Positions 26,040 through 32,000 of a stretch of 32,000 bases of DNA are shown in pieces. The DNA comes from Candidatus Saccharimonadota bacterium. GTDB lineage: Bacteria > Pseudomonadota > Gammaproteobacteria > Enterobacterales > Enterobacteriaceae. The notes below the pieces were generated by a model. It was not told the origin of the DNA, made no database searches, and saw only the letters and a program-made list of their open reading frames with translations. Each line of letters starts with the position of its first letter. The first letter of the stretch is position 1. The position numbers and the translations under genes are program-made. The stretch covers positions 210,001-242,000 of the forward strand of contig NZ_CP135009.1 of assembly GCF_039383305.1 (NCBI RefSeq). The letters run 5' to 3'.

Positions 26040-26883
26040 AAAATATTATCCTATTTTAAAAAAATATAATGTGTTTAGCAAAAAAATATAAAACTTAATA
26101 TATTTTTATATTGTATATAAGAGAAATTTTATTAAAAAAAATATTTTTTTAAAAAAATATATAAAAAATATTTTTTTTAAAAGATATATAAAATTTTTAT
26201 ATAATTTTTTTATATTATGATTTTTTTTAAAAAAAAAATTAAAATCTGTATAATACATATTATATATATAAAAATTATATTATAAATATAAATAGTAAAA
26301 AATAATTTTATCAATATTAATAAAAAATAATATTTTTTTAATTTTTTATAAATTATAAATTTTATTATAAAATATTTTTTTTATATTATATACATTAAAC
26401 TTCAAGAATTTTAATAAAAATAAAATTTTTAAAAAAATAGATATTATTTTTTTTGAAAAAATATATTTAAAAATATTTAATTTTTTAATACTAAATAAAA
26501 ATTTTACAATAATTGTAAAATTATTAAAATTAAAATTTTTATAAATTTTACTTTTATATTTTAAAAAATATTATACTACATTAATTTTAAAAAAATAAAT
26601 TTTTAAAAATCTCTACTTTTGAAAATTATTTTTTAAAATTCTAAAAAATAATATATTTTATAATAAATATAATTATTATTAAAATAAAAAAAATTTAATT
26701 TTTTTAAAAAAAATATAAAAATTTTTATATATAATTTTTTAAAATGATTAAAATTTTATATAAATTTTAAAAAAATTAAAATTAAATTAATAAATAAAAC
26801 TGTATAAAAATATTATTTTTTATAAAAAAAAATCTAATTTTAATAATAAAATATAAATTATAAAACTACAGGAGAAAAAATAT
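26040..26883. other. 844-bp non-coding spacer of extreme A+T content between divergent pykA and htpX
   Basis: No ORF appears in the track. My hand count gives about 43 G/C in about 843 nt (about 5% G+C). It ends with the htpX Shine-Dalgarno GGAGA at about 26871-26875. Confidence 0.8.
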
Positions 26884-27786
26884 ATGTTACGTATTTTTTT
26901 ATTTATAGTAATTAATTTTTTCATAAATATTACATTAAGTATAATTTTACATAGTATCGGAGTACATCATAATAATATATTAAATATTTTATTAATTTCT
27001 GGAATTTTAGGGTGTTTAGGATCAATTATTTCTTTATTATTATCTAAATGGATTGCTTTAAAAACAGTTAATGGGTATATTTTAAAAAACTCTTATAATT
27101 CAAAAAATAATTGGATCTTAAAATATGTATATCAAAAATCTCTATTAATGAAAATTAAAACTCCTGATATTGCTATTTATAATTCTCTTGATTTAAATGC
27201 ATTTGCAACTGGATTTTCAAAAAATAATTCTTTAATAGCTTTATCTACCGGATTATTAAATTCTATGAGTAAAAAAAATATTAAAGCTGTTTTAGCACAT
27301 GAATTGTGTCATATAGAAAACGGTGATATGTTAACTATGACTTTAATTCAAAGTATTTTAAATACTTTTATAATTTTTTTTTCTCATTTTTTTGCAAAAA
27401 TTTTTGAAAAAATTTTATTTAAAAATAAAAAATCTGAAAAAAATAAATTTTTATTTTTTTCTAATTCTATATTTTATTTTTTTATTTCTTTAATATTAGA
27501 ATTTACTTTCGGAATTTTAGCTAACATAATTATTATGTGGTTTTCTAGAAAACGAGAATTTTATGCTGATGCTGGAGCCGCTAATATAGTAGGGAAAAAA
27601 AACATGATTTCAGCTCTCTTATCTTTAAAAAAAAGTGTAGAACCTAATATTATTTCAAATTTAAAACCTTTCTATATTCATGGTAACACAAAAAAATTTT
27701 TAAATTTATTTTTATCACATCCTACAATTGATGATCGAATTTTAGCATTAAAAAATAATATTTTTTATAAAAAATCTATAATATAA
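26884..27786 (+). CDS. htpX: Membrane zinc metalloprotease HtpX (heat-shock protease)
   Basis: 300 aa. N-terminal TM helices, NAFATG, HELCHIENGD (HExxH), REFYADAG, SHPTIDDRI. Confidence 0.94.
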   Translation: MLRIFLFIVINFFINITLSIILHSIGVHHNNILNILLISGILGCLGSIISLLLSKWIALKTVNGYILKNSYNSKNNWILKYVYQKSLLMKIKTPDIAIYNSLDLNAFATGFSKNNSLIALSTGLLNSMSKKNIKAVLAHELCHIENGDMLTMTLIQSILNTFIIFFSHFFAKIFEKILFKNKKSEKNKFLFFSNSIFYFFISLILEFTFGILANIIIMWFSRKREFYADAGAANIVGKKNMISALLSLKKSVEPNIISNLKPFYIHGNTKKFLNLFLSHPTIDDRILALKNNIFYKKSII

Positions 27787-27895
27787 AAAATATTTTAGAA
27801 AATTTACTTAATAATATTTTTAACATGATATTATAATATAATAAATTATATTTAAAAAAATAAATATAAAACCCTTATATATCTGGAGTATAAAA

Positions 27896-29470
27896 ATGTT
27901 TTTTTTTTTAAATACATCAAATTTGATTAGTCTTATAACATTAATTTTTTTAGAATTAATTTTAGGAATTGATAACATTGTTTTTATTTCTATTTTATCA
28001 GAAAAATTACCTTTTAATCAAAGAGAAAAAGCAAGATATACAGGATTAATATTAGCTTTATTTATGCGTATTATTGTTCTTTTATTTTTTGCTTTTTTTA
28101 TTTCTTTTGAAACAATTATTATAAAAAATAATTTTTTTTCATTTTCTATAAGAGATTTAATTTTATTTTTAGGGGGTTTTTTTTTATTATTTAAATCTAT
28201 TATAGAATTATATGAACGTGTAAAAAATTTAGATGAAAAAAAAAAAGAAAATAGTATTCCTCAAAAATTTTGGGTAATTGTAATACAAATTGTGGTCTTA
28301 GATGCTATTTTTTCAATAGATTCTATTATTACCGCAATTGGAATGGTAAATAATATTTTTCTTATGATTTTTGCAATTATTATTTCTACTATACTTATGT
28401 TATTTATTTCTAAAATTATTACAAATTTTTTAAGAATTCATCGAGCAATTATTATTTTATGTTTAAGTTTTTTATTTATTATTAGTATTAATTTAATTTT
28501 AGAATCCTTTAATATAAAACTTCCAAAAGGATATTTATATTCAATTGTGATTTTTTCTTTATGTATAGAATTTTTAAATCAAATAGCTACAAGAAATTTA
28601 TTACATCAACAATCTAAAAAATCTATAAGAGTACGAGTTGCTGAAACTATTTCTAATTTAATTTTTCGAAACGAAGAAAAAATTTATCTTCAAACTAATA
28701 AAAATACTAAAATAGAAAAAAAAAATCATACTTCTATATTTTCAATTCCAAAATTAATAAAACCATTTAAAGATGAAGAAAAATATATGTTAACAAGTGT
28801 ATTAATGTTAGCAGATAGATCAATTAGAAGTATAATGACACCTAGAAGAGAAATTTCTTGGATAAATTTAAATCATTCTAATAATGATATTAAACATCAA
28901 TTATTAGATACTCCTCATAATTTATTTCCAGTATGTAAAGGCGAATTAGATGAAATTATCGGTGTAGTACGTGCTAAAGAATTTTTAAATGAAATATATA
29001 AAAATTCAAATTTATATACGTTTTCGCAAAAAACTCCTCCTATTATTATTCCTGATACTTTAGATCCTATTAAATTATTAAGAGTTTTACGTCATTCGAA
29101 AGGAAGTTTAATTATCGTTAGTAATGAATTTGGATTAATTTTAGGTTTAATTACTCCAGTAGACATTTTAGAAACTATTGCTGGAGAATTTCCTGATGCA
29201 GATGAAACCCCTGATATTATACAAGAAAAAAATAGTTTATTAGTAAAAGGAGCTACTGATCTATATACATTAAAACAAGTATTAAAAATTAATCAATTTG
29301 TAAAAAATGAAACTTATATTTCTTTAGCAGGTTTATTAATTTCTCAAACTGGAAAATTTCCAATTCCAGGTGATAAAATTAATATTTTATCTTTTTGTTT
29401 TGAAATTATTGAAGCTACAAAATATCAAATAAAACTAGTCAGAGTAACGAAATTAAATTCTATTTTATAA
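27896..29470 (+). CDS. yoaE: TerC-family inner membrane protein with CBS and CorC/HlyC C-terminal domains (YoaE)
   Basis: 524 aa, collinear with E. coli YoaE (LELILGIDN.VFI, GMVN, IPKGYLY, IMTPR.EISW, FPVC.GELDEIIG.VRAKE, AGEFPDADETP). Confidence 0.9.
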   Translation: MFFFLNTSNLISLITLIFLELILGIDNIVFISILSEKLPFNQREKARYTGLILALFMRIIVLLFFAFFISFETIIIKNNFFSFSIRDLILFLGGFFLLFKSIIELYERVKNLDEKKKENSIPQKFWVIVIQIVVLDAIFSIDSIITAIGMVNNIFLMIFAIIISTILMLFISKIITNFLRIHRAIIILCLSFLFIISINLILESFNIKLPKGYLYSIVIFSLCIEFLNQIATRNLLHQQSKKSIRVRVAETISNLIFRNEEKIYLQTNKNTKIEKKNHTSIFSIPKLIKPFKDEEKYMLTSVLMLADRSIRSIMTPRREISWINLNHSNNDIKHQLLDTPHNLFPVCKGELDEIIGVVRAKEFLNEIYKNSNLYTFSQKTPPIIIPDTLDPIKLLRVLRHSKGSLIIVSNEFGLILGLITPVDILETIAGEFPDADETPDIIQEKNSLLVKGATDLYTLKQVLKINQFVKNETYISLAGLLISQTGKFPIPGDKINILSFCFEIIEATKYQIKLVRVTKLNSIL

Positions 29471-29511
29471 CACAAAATTTAATTAAAAATTTAAAAAATA
29501 TTTTACTATAT

Positions 29512-30165
29512 ATGAAATCTAATTATACAATTTTAGCTTTAGATACTTCTTTTCAAAATTGCTCGATAGCATTATTACATAAAAATATTTTATATCATTT
29601 TGAAGAATTATGTATCAAAAATCATGAAAAAAGAATATTAAAAATAATTATAAAAATAATAAAATATTCTAAAATAAACTTTCAAGAAATTAATTTTATT
29701 GCTTGTAATACTGGTCCTGGTCATTTTACTGGAATACGGATTTCTTTAACAATTGCTAATGCATTATCAATTGGATTAAAAATTCCTATTTTAAATTTTT
29801 CTATTTTTCAAATTTTATCTGAAAAAATTTGGTATAAATATTCTATAAGAAAAACATTAATAAAATTAAAAATTTCAAAAAATTATTTTTTTGTTGGTAA
29901 ATATTTTAAAAATATACAAAATAAATGGATAGGAGTATATGAAAAATATCAGTCTGTATCTGTAAAAAATTTTTATTTTATTAATACAACTTTTTCTGGA
30001 ATTTGGGCAATTTCTGGAAATATTAAAATTACACAAATTAAAAACAAAAAAAAATTAAAATTTTTTTATACAAAAATTTCTCAAATATATGCAAAAGACA
30101 TTATTTTTTATATGTTATTAAAATTTAAAAAATATATAAAATTTAAAAATATTAAAAAATTTTAA
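29512..30165 (+). CDS. tsaB: tRNA t6A37 biosynthesis protein TsaB (YeaZ)
   Basis: 217 aa. ILALDTS...CSIAL and TGPGHFTGIRI match the YeaZ N-terminal half. The C-terminal half is highly diverged. Confidence 0.85.
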   Translation: MKSNYTILALDTSFQNCSIALLHKNILYHFEELCIKNHEKRILKIIIKIIKYSKINFQEINFIACNTGPGHFTGIRISLTIANALSIGLKIPILNFSIFQILSEKIWYKYSIRKTLIKLKISKNYFFVGKYFKNIQNKWIGVYEKYQSVSVKNFYFINTTFSGIWAISGNIKITQIKNKKKLKFFYTKISQIYAKDIIFYMLLKFKKYIKFKNIKKF

Positions 30166-30262
30166 AATTTTTTTAATAAAACTATTATAAAATAATATTA
30201 AAAAATTTAAAAATAAAAATTTATATTATAGAATTTTTTTTTTAAATAACATAATATTTATT

Positions 30263-30490
30263 TTAAAAAAAAAAAATTTTTTTATTAATTATTTTATATT
30301 TAATTTTAATCATATTTGGATTTATATTAGTATATTTGGATATAATAGTTAATAATTCATTTTTTAATTTTGGAAAATAAATTGGTTCTTTCAAAGATTT
30401 TCTTTGTTCTTTTAAAATAATTTTTAAACGTTTTTTAGCAACTAAAGCAGTTTTTTTTTGTTTAAAGAAAAAAAATTTTAAAATAGACAC
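30263..30490 (-). CDS. minE: Cell division topological specificity factor MinE (short form, GTG start)
   Basis: MSILKFFFFKQKKTALVAKKRLKIIL...EPIYFPKLKNELL.IISKY aligns with the E. coli MinE N-terminus. GTG start 5 nt downstream of an AGGAGG embedded in the last minD codons. Confidence 0.9.
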   Translation of the reverse strand: MSILKFFFFKQKKTALVAKKRLKIILKEQRKSLKEPIYFPKLKNELLTIISKYTNINPNMIKIKYKIINKKIFFF

Positions 30491-30492
30491 GA

Positions 30493-31305
30493 TTACCTCC
30501 TAAATAACCATTGTAAAAAGCTTTTTTTTTTATATTCAATAAAACGAAAAGGAGTTTCTTTTCCAATTAAGCGCTGTATAGTATCTTGATAAGCTTTTCC
30601 AGCATTGGAAAAAGAATTTAAGATAATTGCAGTTCCTTGATTGGAAGATCGTAATACAGAATTATCTTCAGGAATAATTCCTATTAATGGAATTCGTAAA
30701 ATATCAAGAATATCATCTTTACTTAACATATCTCCTTTCTTGACTTTTTGAGGATTATAACGAGTAATTAACAAATATTCTTTAATAGGAGTTTTTTTAA
30801 ATTTTGCTCTATAAGATTTAGAAGATAAAATTCCTAAAATTCGATCTGAATCACGTACTGAAGAAATTTCAGGATTTGTAATAACAATGGCTTCATCAGC
30901 AAAATATAAAGCTAAAATTGCACCTTTCTCAATTCCAGCAGGAGAATCACAAATAATAAAATCAAAAGTCATACTTTTTAATAAAGTAAAAATTTTTTCT
31001 ATTCCTTGTTTTGTTAATGAATCTTTATCTCTAGTTTGAGAAGCAGGTAAAATAAATAAATTAGGAGTATTTTTATCTCGAATTAATGCTTGAGAAATAA
31101 CTGCTTCTTCATTAATTACATTTAAAAAATCATATACTACGCGTCTCTCACAACCCATAACTAAATCTAAATTTCTTAATCCAATATCAAAATCTATTAC
31201 AACAGTTTTATAGCCTAATAATGCTAATCCTGTAGCAATAGATGCACTAGAAGTTGTTTTTCCTACTCCTCCTTTTCCAGAAGTAACTACAATAATTCGA
31301 GACAT
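30493..31305 (-). CDS. minD: Septum site-determining ATPase MinD
   Basis: 270 aa. VTSGKGGVGKTT deviant Walker A, DFDIGLRNLD. Same length as E. coli MinD. Confidence 0.97.
   Translation of the reverse strand: MSRIIVVTSGKGGVGKTTSSASIATGLALLGYKTVVIDFDIGLRNLDLVMGCERRVVYDFLNVINEEAVISQALIRDKNTPNLFILPASQTRDKDSLTKQGIEKIFTLLKSMTFDFIICDSPAGIEKGAILALYFADEAIVITNPEISSVRDSDRILGILSSKSYRAKFKKTPIKEYLLITRYNPQKVKKGDMLSKDDILDILRIPLIGIIPEDNSVLRSSNQGTAIILNSFSNAGKAYQDTIQRLIGKETPFRFIEYKKKSFLQWLFRR
30496..30501 (-). promoter_or_regulatory. Shine-Dalgarno AGGAGG for minE, formed by the two terminal Arg codons of minD
   Basis: The minus strand reads AGG AGG TAA TC GTG. This is a perfect anti-SD match with 5-nt spacing to the GTG start and suggests translational coupling. 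Confidence 0.75.
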
Positions 31306-31345
31306 AAAAAATTTTATCCTTTTTTTTAAAATAAAAAAATTTAAA

Positions 31346-32000
31346 TTAAAAACATTGAATTATTAAAGATTGTTCTTTTAAATAAATACTAACAGTTTTT
31401 CCGATATATTTTTCTGGAATTTGTTCCAATACCCAATATTCTCCCGCGATAGAAATTAATTCTGCAAATAAATTAGAACAAAAAATTTGACTAGTGATAT
31501 CTCCATTAGCTCCTGCTAATACTTTTCCTCTCATTATTCCATAAATGTGTACATTTCCATCTGAAATAATTTCAGCTCCAGCATTAACATTATTTTTAAT
31601 AATTAAGTCTCCATTTGGTATATAAATTTTTTGTCCAGATCTTATTGGTATATTAATAATATGTGTTTGAAATTTTGTTTTTATTGTTTTAGGAAATTTT
31701 GAATAAGAAATAGATTTTTTATAAAAATTAGATTGTGAAATATCAGTTCCTTCTGATAAAATTGGAATTCCAGAATTTAAAATTATATTTTTAAAATCTA
31801 GATTTTTACAACCACTTACTCCAATAATTAAAAAACCAGCAGATAAAATAACATCTTTAATATAATTCCAATTTACAGTATAGGATAGCTCCGAAACATT
31901 TAGAACTACTGGAGCTTGTTTAAAAAATTTAGGAGATTTATTTACAATTTTAAGCAATTGTTCTTCTAAAGAATTTAAAGAAATATCTTTTAAATAAATC
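31346..32000 (-). CDS. minC: Septum site-determining protein MinC (5' end runs off the window)
   Basis: APVVLNV, IGVSGC, R(S)GQ.IY, GAE.I.DGN.H.YG.MRG...AG. The frame stays open upstream of the TTG at 31957 (..IYLKDISLNSLEEQLLKIVNK..) and still aligns with E. coli MinC, so the true start lies beyond 32000. Confidence 0.9.
   Translation of the reverse strand, partial: IYLKDISLNSLEEQLLKIVNKSPKFFKQAPVVLNVSELSYTVNWNYIKDVILSAGFLIIGVSGCKNLDFKNIILNSGIPILSEGTDISQSNFYKKSISYSKFPKTIKTKFQTHIINIPIRSGQKIYIPNGDLIIKNNVNAGAEIISDGNVHIYGIMRGKVLAGANGDITSQIFCSNLFAELISIAGEYWVLEQIPEKYIGKTVSIYLKEQSLIIQCF

Noticed and set aside
26500-26522. 23-nt perfect palindrome AATTTTACAAT-A-ATTGTAAAATT inside the long spacer
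   Set aside because: It has only one G/C pair per arm. In DNA that is about 95% A/T, palindromes of this size are expected by chance, and no flanking gene ends here that would need a terminator.
26040-26883. The long spacer as a replication origin, CRISPR array, hidden RNA gene or mobile-element remnant
   Set aside because: I found no DnaA-box-like TTATCCACA or its complement, and no regularly spaced direct repeats with unique spacers. There are no inverted terminal repeats. No G/C-rich segment could fold into a tRNA, rRNA or other structured RNA. At about 5% G+C it looks like neutral decay.
1-32000. A novel defence, toxin-antitoxin, secretion or other accessory system somewhere in the window
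   Set aside because: Every non-shadow ORF aligns with a named core E. coli housekeeping protein. Spacers are too short or too A/T-degenerate to encode proteins. No hypothetical or orphan genes remain to build such a system.

Overview
This window is a collinear block of housekeeping genes from an extremely AT-rich, heavily reduced gammaproteobacterial endosymbiont genome. Intergenic DNA is close to pure A/T, and the proteins are rich in Lys, Ile, Asn and Phe. The gene order is rlmN'-hisS-glyA-mfd-gapA-fldA-sucAB-gpmA-pfkA-tpiA-ihfB-rpsA-aroA-serC-serS-trxB-infA-aspS-yebC-pykA-htpX-yoaE-tsaB-minEDC. From memory this matches Buchnera aphidicola, most like the very small Cinara-type genomes; I could not verify that here. 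I recognised all 27 coding regions by aligning the translations against remembered E. coli orthologues. I see no rRNA, tRNA, CRISPR array, IS or phage element, or defence or toxin system. Every ORF that is not an antisense shadow has a core-metabolism or information-processing orthologue, so I do not claim a novel multi-gene system. The observations worth a second look are listed here.
1. The essential aspS gene is split by a frameshift inside a 12-nt poly(A) tract, a candidate for rescue by transcriptional slippage.
2. Many very long in-frame poly(A) tracts (up to A17) sit in essential genes.
3. Mfd lacks its whole UvrA-recruiting N-terminal half.
4. An 844-bp spacer of about 5% G+C sits between pykA and htpX, where zwf lies in the E. 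coli order.
5. Other deletion scars mark the expected positions of ispG/rodZ and cmk.
6. G/C-containing palindromes are conserved at convergent gene junctions and are probably bidirectional terminators.
7. The E3-binding linker of sucB is degenerate and carries a short repeat.
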